Positions 50,126 through 62,654 of a stretch of DNA of 64,000 bases are shown here, piece after piece. The translations under genes and the position numbers were made by a program. The notes under the pieces were generated by a model. The model saw nothing but the letters and a program-made list of their open reading frames with translations. It was not told the origin of the DNA and did not search any database. Positions within the stretch are counted from its first letter, which is position 1. Each line of letters starts with the position of its first letter. Origin of the DNA: Priapulus caudatus (lineage: Eukaryota); contig NW_014577073.1 of NCBI RefSeq assembly GCF_000485595.1, positions 789,684-853,683 of the forward strand. The letters are read 5' to 3'.

Positions 50126-52784
50126 GAGTTTTTTTACGGTTTAATTACTCGTATTAAAAGTAAAAAGGGTAAAATGACTTTATATCGCTGTACCCTGCCC
50201 AGCATGTGGCACAATGACCGTGGTTTGCGGCAGTATGTAAATATATGATCGCCTTGGCCCGCCATCTAGTGGTGAGGAATAATTATAAAGCCGGTAATAT
50301 ATAACTATAAATGAATATTAGAAGCAAATGCAAGCTAACGGAAAATTTAATGCCGTGTGTTGATTTCCAACATAGTCCCCATACTCACCAAACAATGCAA
50401 ATTTGTTTTTCAGTGCAATCGACGCCTCGCTGTAAACAGATGAATAACGCCTATAGGGACTTAGAGAGACACGGAGAATGCAACACGAGTTAAACATACC
50501 ATACAGGAGTCTTGCGAAAAATTAACGAAAGTTACGTAAATGATTTTCAAACATGCAAGCATTTCGTTTTCATTCACTTCGTGAATACAAGAGGCGTACA
50601 CTGTTTCTCAGCATAGAAGTTTTCACCTAAGTGTTCCAGTGGTACGTTATTAGACGAAGATGCACATGATATCCTAACGCCCCCAATCGGTTCGGATTTA
50701 CCTATTTTTGGATTATGGCGCGAACATTCTAAACAAACATGATTATCGCGTAAACCAACGAGTTAAGACTGTTTTCACTTTAACAAAGAGTTAATATGTA
50801 TTTCTTAGGGCATTTTTCATTATTTAAATATTATATGTGATAGATTGGTTTAAATTTACAGGCATGAAAACATGGTAAAATTAATAGTTGGTCGTAAAAA
50901 CAAATTGTGGGCGTTAAGATAAAAGATCATAAAGCAAATTAGCAATTTCACAAACTAAGTATTTGTTTAGCAAGTTTAATATTCGCTGGCATGTCATGTT
51001 TCCTGCACAAGCCACGCGTGTGTTCTCATGTCTTATATCGGTCGTTTACGATTGAAAATGCTTTGTAATAAATATACTATAACTAAAATCTCTCGAGGTA
51101 TCTTATTATTTACTAAATCGCTTTACATAAATTCAGTAAAATGTACATTGACGTGAATGCACGGTTGCGGTGGTGGGGAATCGAACTCCCACATGTCAGA
51201 GCAAAATAAAGTGGAGCAGTAAGAGCTGTAATATAGCATGTAGACTATAGAGATGTAGAAGTAGAGTATAATTGCAGGAGAGTTTGTAAGGAGTTGTTGT
51301 TGTTTGTTGGTAGTTGTAGTTGTTGTATGAAAGTTTGTTGTGTTCCGTAGACTTGACGCCTGACCTTGACCGTGGCCTGCGACCATATTTTCGCCATTTC
51401 TAAAAATTTTCAAGTGCCCTTGAGCTCAAGGCCATGCGCTTGGGCTCAAGGGCCATTTACATTTTCCAATTTTTAAAATTGCTGCCATAACTCCGGCCAA
51501 GGCCACAGCCTTCAGCTCAAAGGCCATATCCTTGAGCCAATTTTTCAAAATGTTTCATCAACAGTCTTGGTCATGGTCATGGTCCATGGTCATGGTCAAG
51601 TTTGAGTTGTGTTTACATTCGCAACAGTACCAGCCAGCACGCTACGCTTGAGCCCCAAACTCACCCATTTCTTATTATGGTCGGATCCCAATCTATGTGT
51701 TACATTTGCTTACCAACAGTTAACAGAAAATTTTACTCTGTTCCCCGCAAGAATTGAACTTAAGACATACTGTCTAACAGTCCAACACGTTACGCACTCA
51801 CTCACCCATACTTGCCATTTTAAGATTTTAATCTTAGATGTGTGTGTTACGTTTTCTTCATTAACAAGAAATGATAAGACTGAATTCATCGCATCTAGCA
51901 TATATTTTCAACGCGGATATTTTTATTTATAAACGGAATAGAACTCCTTGTTGGAGTTCTTTCCGTTCAAATCATCCATGATTGGTAGAGATGTGGTTAA
52001 TATCTTCATGTTATATTAATATTCTGCCACACCCTGTTACGCATTTCTATATTAATCATGTGGCTTCTGGCAATAATTAATTATTCGAAAGCAATCATGA
52101 CAGAAAAAGACAAAGATGTATGTAGATCACAAACTGTAATTAAGTGGACGCAGCAAGTTCCACCAGCGTGTGCGGCGGGCTTTAGCTCCACGGGGAAAAA
52201 TGAAAACTCAAAATGTCAATTTAAATGATTTTTACTGATTTAATAAAACCCACAGCATAATGATTTCGTAAACATGTTTAATCAGCCAAAATCAATCATC
52301 AAATACGACGATAAAAATAACTGGCCTGACCTATCGCGGAGGCACGTCTTTTTATTTTACAGTTGACAATTCACCAATATAGTACATAATAATTTAATTA
52401 CTAACATGCAAGGCTACAGTAAATGTGTAAAACCATTAATACTAAAAACTAAATTATTTACTTGGATAATCCGATTTTAAATACAAATACAAAAATCCCA
52501 GTACGACGAAGAATAACAGCTCTGGGACATTTATGGCTTTCTGCATGTCCCCATTTCCGTTATCACAACGGGAGGAACACACGAGGACCTCCACTGTAAG
52601 GCATAGAAATAGAAAGCGACGAAAGAGAGACGGAGAGAAAAAAGAGAAAGGAAGATTAGTAGAGAGTGCGAGAGGGAGGCAATAGCGTGAGAAGAGAGGG
52701 TAGGAAGAGAATCAGGCAGTGAGTGAGAGTGAGAGCGACACACACACACGCAACCAGCACACACACACACACACACACACACAA

Positions 52785-52818
<34 letters not shown>

Positions 52819-52923
52819 CACACACACACACACACAGCACGCACTCACACACAGAGAGAAGAGAGGGAGGCATAGCGTGAGAGAGGGGGTAGGAAGAGAA
52901 TCAGACAGTGAGTGAGTGAGAGC

Positions 52924-52963
<40 letters not shown>

Positions 52964-53050
52964 ACAACCCAGACACGAAGACCACGACAGCACGCACGCG
53001 GCCGCGCACAGAGAGAGAGAGAAGAGAAGAGAGAGAAGAAGAGAGAGAGA

Positions 53051-53092
<42 letters not shown>

Positions 53093-53121
53093 AAAGAGAA
53101 AGAAGAGAGAAGAGAGAGGGA

Positions 53122-53192
<71 letters not shown>

Positions 53193-54383
53193 TATATAAA
53201 ACTGTGACTACTCAACCTGCCTAAAAAAAGTATCATTGCGTAAGACATCGTAGTCCGAAACATGTATGGTGCAAGTTTGTGTGGGTAAAATGACAAACCT
53301 TTGCATTTGTAAACATGGTTTCAATTTATAACAGGATTTGTGTACATATACATTGTGGTATTCCTTTAATAATGTATGGGTAAAGATTCTTCATTGACAT
53401 TCAATATCTTTTAACTAGTGCATTCACATTGTATTATTATGCTCTTCTTATTTTTCCGTTTGTCTAAAATATGTGTACACTATAGTATACATACTTGATG
53501 TGGTTATTTTCTAACAAATACAACTACTTGACGAATGCAATGATCGCCACTGTGGGTTCTAACTAGGAATGCTATCACAGTCGTAACCTTATATTATGAA
53601 CCAATATCTTAAATGTTGGTAAATTTGTCAAATGGGTCGTGCTTGTGTAAGTACCTACATTGCACTAGAGAAGGTGATTAAGGTCTTCGAAATGTATAAC
53701 CTAGCAATAGCCCATGTATAGCCCATTATAGCCTAATTAAGGTTGGATACAAAAGCAATGTCTAATTGGGTTTATTGAACGTAGAGTAAACAACAATTAT
53801 AACTATCTACACATTCGAACTAAATTTGGCACTATGCAACTTTTGCATTGCATTTCATCTAACAGCAGAAACGAATTCCATGGAGCCGCAGCCACTGTTT
53901 CAACTAAATAACTGCCAATTTGTAATCATCACACCCGTCCAATCTGTCACCACTTGTGTCAACCGTCACACTGTCACAAGTTGTCATATAGTTTATAGAC
54001 AATATGTGACACACACATTAATCATTATCTGATTGAACCATAGGCTTTTACAATCCACAGCATTTTATCCAATTGCACATAGGGGGCCATTCCCAATTAT
54101 CAACCTTGTCAAAACAGTACAGACCGTACATATATCATGACCAGCCACTCAAAAATGTGTACAAAATAAAATGTACCATTTTTTCAGATTTGGCGCGAAG
54201 GTATGAATCGACACTTACATGTATGTATTTCCATAAGCATACAAAAGACATTGTACCCCTTCCCCAGCACATGGTTTGTGAGCTTGTGCTATTAATTCTT
54301 CATTAATATATACACCATTGTAATATATATAATTGACATAGCTACGATATAGACATTTTGTTAGCATGTTTCAATCATAGAAC

Positions 54384-54425
54384 CAAGAGCACACAAGCTA
54401 CGCATAAATAGTTCATGTGCTCTTG
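54384..54425. mobile_element. Degenerate palindromic micro-insertion (CAAGAGCACA family)
   Basis: CAAGAGCACA...TGTGCTCTTG; flanks ATAGAAC / ATAGCAT. Confidence 0.65.
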
Positions 54426-54672
54426 ATAGCATGCAACGTATATTAAGAAAATGACATAGTAGAAATCTGTTTTTGCCAATACTCTATTCATTATGTGGCC
54501 ATATTATCACAGCTAAGCTACATATCAGCATCTAGCATCTGTATAGGATCATTAGATAACCATTTCATCAAAAGATAATCCAAGTGATGGGAATAATTGG
54601 AACAATTGTTTGCTTCTCGGGTCACGTGTCTGTATGCATGCACTTTATGTAACAGGTTGCCTGTAATATTAC

Positions 54673-54729
54673 CATGAGTATGTCTATACTATGTTATCAT
54701 GTGCTATAGACAATATAGATACGTTCATG
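54673..54729. mobile_element. Palindromic micro-insertion with CATGA termini
   Basis: CATGAGTATGTCTATA...TATAGATACGTTCATG (16-bp arms, 4 transition mismatches); perfect direct repeat ATATTAC (54666-54672, 54730-54736). Confidence 0.75.
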
Positions 54730-55435
54730 ATATTACTAATATGACCAACTGTTTCGTTACATATATATGTAACACGAGACACGTCAGTTCCTCTGCATAC
54801 ACCCAGCTTTTGTAATAGGATGTTTACTCAAGTATAAACTATGCACACTGCTATTCTGACAAGCAGTTGTTTTCTGCAGGGCAACCTTTGTTTTTTACCT
54901 TTAGCAGGTTTTACCTTTAGCAGTTTTTGTTTTTTAGCAGGTGTTGTGCTTTTAACCTGTAAATTCCTAAAGCATTCGGAATTTCAGGTAGCCAGCCTAC
55001 CTCAACAATCACTCAGATATTGGTGGGCGATATAAGCTGATGCCCAGATGGATGGCACATGGTCACTTGATTTCAAGAACAGCCGAGACTTCGGTGGTTC
55101 GGTAGCCACTCTCAGAATTACCTTGAGAAAAACCAATCGTTCAGCAAAAATCGTAGCAAAAAGATCGAAAAAACTGGAAAAAAATCGATTATAATGACTC
55201 ATGGAAGAGCCCACGCACTTCGGAAGACCGAAACATGAACCACGTCGTAAAACGCGAGGCGCGCGTGCGCGCGCGTGCGACGACAAACACAAAGTCGAGA
55301 CACGGCACGCGCCTAATCGCCGCTCGACCGCGATGTGCCACACGGCTATGGCAAGCATTTTGTATCACAATTCGAGAAACAAAGCTTCCTGGCTAGAAAC
55401 CTAGTTTCTTGAAGAAGAAGGGGGGATATATAAAG

Positions 55436-55493
55436 CAAGAGTATATATGGGAGAACTCCCATTATATAGCATATCTCCCATTATATACTCTTG
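55436..55493. mobile_element. Palindromic micro-insertion with templated filler
   Basis: CAAGAGTATATATGGGAGA-filler-TCTCCCATTATATACTCTTG; TSD not evident. Confidence 0.7.
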
Positions 55494-56149
55494 GTAATGA
55501 TATATGCCTAAGTTTTGATGCGAAAATAAACGTTTCAGATCTGAAAGTCTGAAATCTTGACGAGAGATGGTGCTACGCCGCCATTTTGGTTTTCGAATAT
55601 TGCGCAAATAAAAACAATAAAATATTCCAGTCAAATTACTGTAACGAAGAATCTAAACCACAATAATACACGTATATAGGTATGATTCATTGTAGAGTTG
55701 TTGACCATTTAGACGAAATAAACGTAATAGGACGTTGTCATCTCTCCCATAGGAGTAACAACTGTTTTGGGGCTAGCCTTACACATATATACCCAAATTT
55801 AACAAAATCGAATGAATCTAGATGGCCATTTTAATTTTTGCCAAAAAGTGGGCATGACTCGAAAGTAGGTCGACTGGTGTGCAAAATAGGACGTTCAAAT
55901 CTCTCCCATAGGAGTAACAACTGTATGCAATTTGAAACATGTGGGTCAAACGGTTCTTGAGTTATCGTTAACCGTAGGCAGACACTGAAATGCATAGTGA
56001 AATTGCCAAAATCTACCTAATTTGCATAATTTTTAAAAAAATATCAAAACCTGTGTGATATGTTTCTTGCAAAGAAACTTGGTTTCTCGAATGGTGATAC
56101 AATACGCGGTGCCCCCCCTGGCGTAATCGCGCGCGTGAGACATCGTAGG

Positions 56150-56738
56150 TTACATTCTCGTTTCGAGCGAGCCCTGCTCGAGCTCTCTCAGCACGCAGTC
56201 GGGGCAGGCGAGGGGCACGAAGCCCGGAGCCTTGTACATGCTGACGATGAGCTGTGCGGTCTGCGCGGGCACGTGCGCGTTGCCCTGCAGCGAGCGCTCC
56301 AGCTTGCCGAGAACCGCGTCGGCGAAGACGTGCCGCGCAAAGTTGTGCCCGCACGAGAACAGCGCCACCTGGCGGTCGTCGGCATCGCTGCCGTCCGTCT
56401 CCTGCCGCAGACGCTCGACGTCGGCCGCCGAGAGCGCGACATGCTGCGCGGCGCCCCCTGGCTGGATCCGCAGGCTCGTCATCACCTCCGTCCACAGCCG
56501 GTCGGCGGTGACCGGCGGCGCGGCGGACGTGACGCGCCCGCCGCCATCTTGCTTCGCGGCCGGCGGGGACTTTGCGGAGTCGTCGTCGTCGCCGTCGCCG
56601 ACGATCTGTTTTACGAGAGGTGTGCTCAGCTGCCCTTGCTGTATCTGCTGCGCGACGGCGGCTACGACGTCGAGACAGAACGTGTCGGACAGCTGGCGAT
56701 CAAGTCTCACGTGGGGGCCGTCCGGCATGTCGATGCCC
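56150..56738 (-). CDS. RCC1-repeat protein, last exon (C-terminal FSCGH...CPDC zinc-binding-like motif)
   Basis: GC-rich ORF; gtggcag acceptor gives phase 2, matching the previous exon; TAA at 56150-56152. Confidence 0.75.
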
Positions 56739-56811
56739 CTGCCACGACGGAAAACACAAGCGATCGCGCGTGAAACGGGCTGCAGATGGAGAGCATTTAC
56801 AAATACGCAGT

Positions 56812-57058
56812 GGCTACGCGTCCGGTCATCCATTACAAAGCTCAGCACAGATTCCCAAATCCACGTCACTTTATTAGGCCACGCGACTTTCAAATCGTTG
56901 ATTTTACTGGATTTTCTAGTATTGCTTCAAAAGTTACAAAAACACATTTTTTTGATAAAATACCTAAAGGTAAATAATATTATGGTAAAAACTTATTGTT
57001 TATTACTGAAAAAATACAGTTGGGTTCACATAAGAAATATATGACCGGACGCGTAGCC
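56812..57058. mobile_element. MITE with perfect 18-bp TIRs
   Basis: GGCTACGCGTCCGGTCAT...ATGACCGGACGCGTAGCC around an AT-rich interior; no clear TSD. Confidence 0.8.
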
Positions 57059-57119
57059 TGGGAGCTGGGAGTCCGGTAACCGGACTCAATTAATGTTGAG
57101 AATATTTGGAATATATAAT

Positions 57120-57160
57120 CCCAGAATACCTAATTACCCAATTAAATTAGGTATTCCCTG
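57120..57160. mobile_element. Degenerate palindromic micro-insertion
   Basis: GAATACCTAATT...AATTAGGTATTCCCTG; flanks ATATAAT / ATTAAAT. Confidence 0.55.
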
Positions 57161-57286
57161 ATTAAATAACACCCGTGAATGCTAAAAGCAATAACTCTTT
57201 GGATCGTGGCTGCAGATGAGAATACTTCTTCTTCTCGTTGTCAGGATTATCCAACTAAATAACATCCGTGAATGATAAAAACACTA

Positions 57287-57465
57287 CCATATGTACTCCC
57301 GTAATAACCGCAAATTTGGCCTCAGATTTCAACCCTGTATTTGCTCTGCGGTCTATAAGTGCGCCATACCATGATGGGAAATATACTAGGCGCAATACTT
57401 GGTTACCCGATTCAAAATGAGGTGCGGCTTATAGGCGCCCGCGGTTATTACGCGATCATATACGG
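57287..57465. mobile_element. Tc1/mariner-pogo-like MITE with TA TSD
   Basis: TA|CCATATGTACTCCCGTAATAACCGC...GCGGTTATTACGCGATCATATACGG|TA; a related right end lies at about 8405-8439. Confidence 0.7.
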
Positions 57466-57663
57466 TAGGTAGATCGTGTTTGGATCATGGATACGGGTAA
57501 GAATATTTTTTCTTCTGCTGACCAGAGTGTCAGGCTACGGCCAAAGACTTGCATCACTGCAGAGTATTACTGTGGCCTGGTGACATTATACACACTAATA
57601 GTCGCTTGAACAATTCTTGCTGAACGACCGATTTTTGTGCCTAAAAATGATTTTAAGTCATAC

Positions 57664-57846
57664 CTGATTATGTAAATGGCTAGGGATGGAGCTAGTGTGT
57701 CCAGCTGCGACCGTAAAGTGGTCTCGAGGTCAGAGAGTGGCAGCTTGTGTGTTAACCAGAATTTCAGTGCAGCTTCAAGTAGTTGCAGCCAGTCGGGTGG
57801 TGCAGGGAGACCCATCTCATCCACGCCATCAGCCTCCACACAGTTG
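57664..57846 (-). CDS. RCC1-repeat protein, internal exon
   Basis: NCVEAD...WLQLLEAALKFWLTHKLPLSDLE...AIYII; AG/GT boundaries, phases 2 and 2. Confidence 0.75.
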
Positions 57847-58140
57847 CTGCACACAAACACGGCAATATTTCACAACAATAATCCATTATAATAAAACCAG
57901 CAGACACCATAACCCATCAAAAATCATACGGACATCAGAACACATCAGAAGCTCTGGGCATTTAACAGCGCTATTTTTCATGCTGCACCATTTTCAGTAT
58001 GGGATTACCAACTCCACGCGGATTACCTAACTAAATATTTCAAATAACATTGCGCAAAGCATAAAAAGCGCCAGTACGTGCGCACAGTTGTCTTGAATAG
58101 CGAAACAGAATACGAGCGAATACAATAGCGAAGCAGATAC

Positions 58141-58343
58141 CGTATGTAGTGCTGCACGACAAGGCAAGCGACAGTCGTCAGTTCGGCGCGCTCTGGTGGC
58201 ATCTGCTCGAGCGCGGTGAGTCGGTATTGAAGCGCGAGAGGCAAGTCTCCGCGCAGTGCGGCTACGTCGGAGGCGCTGTCCCACAGATCCTGCTCCACAC
58301 ACCGGCCCTGCACGCGATCGCGGTCGTACAAGCCCCACAGCCG
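58141..58343 (-). CDS. RCC1-repeat protein, internal exon
   Basis: RLWGLYDRDRVQGRCVEQDLW...ALQYRLTALE...QHYI; phases 0 and 2. Confidence 0.75.
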
Positions 58344-58612
58344 CTGCCGAAGAAGACAGAGTCAGCACATAGTGCCAAAAGGACAGTTTGTGTCAAAACC
58401 CACACGACATAAATGCAAGCGCCACAGCCGCTCTGCCTCAGAGGATAAGATTCACTCACAGGGTCGGCATAGTGTCGAAAGGACAGTTTGTCTTAAAACC
58501 CACACGACATAAATGCAAGCCCCACAGCCGCTGCCAGAGAAAGATTCACTCACAGGGTCGGCATAGTGTCGAAAGGACAGTTTGTCTTAAAACCCACACG
58601 ACATAAATGCAA
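58329..58612. repeat. 87-100-bp tandem repeat duplicating an exon acceptor
   Basis: CAAGCSCCACAGCCGCT starts at 58329, 58416 and 58516. Confidence 0.85.
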
Positions 58613-58911
58613 CTTCATTTGTAAACAACAGCCTCAAGTCAATGTCAGCAAGCAACATTTTTGTGAATGTATACAAGAAAAATCTGTAGCACGAAATCAG
58701 TAGTTTATCCGGCAATCTATGAGAAATTTTATTGGAAATCACTGCGGAAATCAGGTTAGTGGTGATTAAATTAATCCTAATTAATAAAAAATAAAAAATA
58801 AATTTTTCTAGGAATCTTTTCGTGCAGCACAGCCTAAAGCAAACGTTCTTATGCCAACTACTAGATAGATAATCCTGACACAACAGATGCGCATAAGAAA
58901 TACGAAGGTAC

Positions 58912-59007
58912 CTGTAAGGTCTGCCTTAGTATGGATGCCCAGTGCTCATCGTCTAGGTCGTGTGGTAGGCGAGGTAACTCGAGATGAATCAACCCTCTCT
59001 CTCCCTC
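58912..59007 (-). CDS. RCC1-repeat protein, internal exon
   Basis: EGERGLIHLELPRLPHDLDDEHWASILRQTLQ; only open frame, phases 0 and 0. Confidence 0.65.
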
Positions 59008-59653
59008 CTGAACGTGCCAGCAGAGCATACGAAAAGAGAAATCGCTTGGTACAAATTTCACAAAATCTTGCCACACATTTAGAGATGTATTCATTATATT
59101 GTGAGTTTTTTTCAGCTGTGAAAAGTTAGAAGAACCTGACAAAGACTACCAAAAGTCGAAACTAGTCATCCATGTCCATTGCTAACTTTGTGCAGCATTT
59201 TCTCAACATAACGTTTATTAAACCATATGTAAAACGGCATTATCCAACCAGCAAATCAAATCCACGTGGGGTAACACAGTAGAGCTGTGCTCCGTAGAGG
59301 CACGCATGTCCATTTAGAAATATATGTATAATACGTGTCGAATGCTCTTCTCAGATGAAGTATCATCTTTCCACGGCATATGTCGCCATATGTGATACAT
59401 AACTTTCTAGCATGGCTACCGGTCACACAGACTGTACAAGGCAACATTTGTTTGCAACGCCTGCGCTTCGTAAAACTTGACACTCTACGCAATAACAGCG
59501 GAACGCACAGTGCAAACCACATTCCAAACGTGACATTTCATCATGCGCATGCAGTAGTAATCCTCGCCACGCATGCAACGTATGCATAACTCGATCTTGT
59601 CACGTCACCTGCATAGACATGCACGACCGCTGGGGGCATCAACGGCTGATTAC

Positions 59654-59839
59654 CTGTCTGTGTAAGGGTGGGATCTCAGGTACATCCGGTACGTGCTGCG
59701 GTTTCAACACGCCCAGCCGCAGATTAATCGCCCGCGACGGAATGCTGATCACTCGTCTGTTCGTTTTAACCATCACGTTCTGGGCACCAGGGGGCAGCCT
59801 GATGAATGGTTGGCTTTCGGCTCGGGGCGGGTGACCCAC
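59654..59839 (-). CDS. RCC1-repeat protein, internal exon
   Basis: VGHPP...HRQ; ctccag acceptor, CAG|GTAATC donor; completes the RCC1 GE|VG motif. Confidence 0.72.
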
Positions 59840-59987
59840 CTGGAGACAGAGCGACAAACGTTCAACTAACGATTCACATCGTAGTTGTCTTCAGTGTTTT
59901 CTTCCTCAGTTTCCTTATGTAGTATGTTTACATGTACTTAGTTTGCTTACCTAGTATACTAGCTTACACGTACGATTACTACAAATA

Positions 59988-60040
59988 TTGTTGCTGTTGC
60001 TGCGGCTGCTGCTGTTGCTGCTGCAGCTGCTGTTACTGCG

Positions 60041-60077
<37 letters not shown>
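59988..60077. repeat. (CTG)n-type trinucleotide repeat, intronic
   Basis: Direct reading. Confidence 0.85.
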
Positions 60078-60391
60078 AGATTCATGACTTTAATTATCAA
60101 TCTTTTTAAATGATTCCATGCTGAGCATGGTAACTTTAGCTTAACTATTCCTAATACATAAGAAAGTATGATAGCATAATGGTATAAGAAGGTTTTAGAC
60201 AGTTGATATCTTAAGACTCATGAACAATGATACAGTACACAGCACAATGAATTAAAAGAAGCTGCTGTTCCGGGTAATGGTAATGCTGATGATGTTAACG
60301 CCAATAGTTATACATTCCATTACTTTTCGGTGCGAGCTCTTGAGAGCTCCAGAAATCCGAAGAAACCACCTCACCTCACACTCATGCTTAC

Positions 60392-60520
60392 CTCACCATT
60401 TTCGTTCCTTCCCCAGGCCCAGACTTTTCCGTCCATGTCTATGACGACAGTGAAGTCACTGCCACATGCTACATGTTCGATTTTTCGGTCAATAAGGCAC
60501 AGTTCTCTGGTGGGCACAAT
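60392..60520 (-). CDS. RCC1-repeat protein exon (RCC1 blade)
   Basis: IEHVACGSDFTVVIDMDGKVWAWGRNENGE; GAG|GTAAGC donor; not in the ORF track on this strand. Confidence 0.9.
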
Positions 60521-60842
60521 CTATAACAGATAAGAGTGACTGCTTGATCCTATATTTTTAGCAAACAAGAAATAAACGTTGAATAAAACACTTCTATGTA
60601 CTAACACATGATAATAAAATAGATGTGATAACAGGTAATATATTATTGGTAATAAGTTATAATTATCTTGTTATCTAATTTCTCTCTGATTGTGTTAGTG
60701 TCCAAGCGTTGGCCCCATGCTGTGAAAACCCCTTCCATACACGAAATCTCTCACAGCCATTAATGACACATGGTCACACCACAGAACCAACGGATCATTT
60801 ATAGATTTTTTTCAGACTTATTAACATGTGGTTTTCACACAC

Positions 60843-60950
60843 CTGTGATTTTCTATCACCTGTTCCTAGCTGACCATCCATGTTTTTGCCCCACAGGTAG
60901 AGAGCACCATCATCAGAAAGAATCGCAGAATGGGTATTTCCACAGCTAAT
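60843..60950 (-). CDS. RCC1-repeat protein exon (RCC1 blade); upstream exons not resolved; possibly claret/GLO-4-like
   Basis: ISCGNTHSAILSDDGALYLWGKNMDGQLGTGD; phases 0 and 0. The family guess rests on architecture only. Confidence 0.9.
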
Positions 60951-62654
60951 CTGTAATGGAAAGCATTCAGAGTAAAACAAATGCAAAAATACCCCCACGA
61001 TATTTGCACATGGTTAACTATAGATGTATGCACGCAGCACATCACAGCCGCAAAAACTGTTACCGTTTCCTCCATGGAAAACTATGGAAAACAGATCAGC
61101 AATCGTATATCACGCAGAAATAAAGCAGAAACAACCTAGCTCAAAGTTAGTCCCATTCCTCGCTTCCTCGACCTACCTCTCCTCGTCCCGGCATTTCCTT
61201 CTCTGCTCACGGCCAGGGCGCTTCTCTCTACCGCACTCCTTCTCGCTGCTCACTGCGCCAGCATTTCTGGCCTCTAATCTCCGTCTCTCTCTCCCACTAG
61301 CACTCAGTGCAAAACCTGAAACAGTGCCCTGGCGTAATATTCACCCTTTACCTCTCCCACACCAGCGCTCTCCCCCACTTCTTCAGAGCGCAGGCCTCTG
61401 ATGAGACAGCGAGCGATTCGCCCTTCCTCTTCCTCAAAACTGAGCTTCTCACCACCCTTCTCCTTCTCGCTCACAACTGTCGAACGTCTCAGAGTGTCCG
61501 TCCCCTAGTTGCTTTCTCCTGCTTACACCTTTACCACCGGTTGCGAGGCTTCTCCCCTCCGTAATTCTGCTTCTCGGTCCTTGCCCTTCTGGTCCTCGCC
61601 GTCTCCCTGCTCCTGGCCGATTACCGTCCCTATCCTACTGCCACCTTAGTCTTACCTGCCTTCCTTGCTTCGCCTCACACGCACCATTTTCGCCGCCACC
61701 TTCCTCGCTCACCCTTTCCGCCAGGTCCCAACCTTTTGTGAACTGTCTAAAATGCGGCTCAATCGCACAATCTCTCGACGGCGGGGCCAATAACTCCTTT
61801 GCCGCTCAGCCGCCAGCCACGTAGTTACTCACCCGCCGGCCTGGCGCCCGTCAGCGAGGCGCCTCAGTGGTAGAGGGTCTGGGGCAATGCCACGTCCCAG
61901 AAATTTTTGAAATCAATTATTTTAAGCCATATTTCCTGCAAATCGCAGGCATACTGGGCCATATCTCATCTCTGAGAACACCGGTGTGGACCTTCAACTA
62001 GCACTCAACCCCTCACAGCTTACGGATTGAAAACCCAATCCAGCCACCACGGAGTTCATTTTTAATAATACGTGGTATTTAGTAATCGCTCCAAAATGAA
62101 ATCTTATACATGAACTAGGTATTTATCAGTAAGCTCGAAAACCTGCAGGGAAATGGATCCATTAAAAGTGGAGGACCTTAGGAATCTATTAGGGATCTTT
62201 AACTATACAGACAAATGCGCGACCCATTGTCTTACGTACTTAGACAGGCGCGCCTCCTGTCTGACTAGAGGGCTGTTGCTAGGCTGTTCCCAGGTCTTGC
62301 TTACGCGAGTAGACACTTGCAGATAACAAAATCGCATAATAGAGAAACGGAGGCTACGACAGTCTTGGATACGCTAGAGCCACGTCTGCTGCCGACGGTC
62401 GCTGAGACCGATGGTAGGGGGGCGGGACGGGGGGGTGCCAGAACCTATAGCTTAAAAAGCTAGACGGCTTACTGCCTCGAAAGTATTCATCGGCTTTGCT
62501 ATAGCGCTGACTCACTTGTCCCAAAGAAACGAGCGAGCTGTACCGGCCAGCGGCTGTTATGAACTTGACTACTGCTACTTTGCTACTTCCTGATGCTTAA
62601 TCAACCTTCGGCTCTCCTGACAAGCTTCTCTGCTGTTCAGGCAGTTCTAACGCC

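Noticed and set aside
51720..51810. tRNA gene on the minus strand (B-box-like motifs also near 3885 and 51180)
   Set aside because: No convincing cloverleaf; at best decayed tRNA-derived SINE heads.
56739..56893. N-terminal extension of the 247-aa ORF
   Set aside because: It runs into an intronic MITE; the phase-compatible acceptor is at 56738/56739.
59988..60077. Poly-Gln or poly-Ala exon
   Set aside because: The flanking exons already join in phase and complete an RCC1 motif, and no good splice sites were seen.
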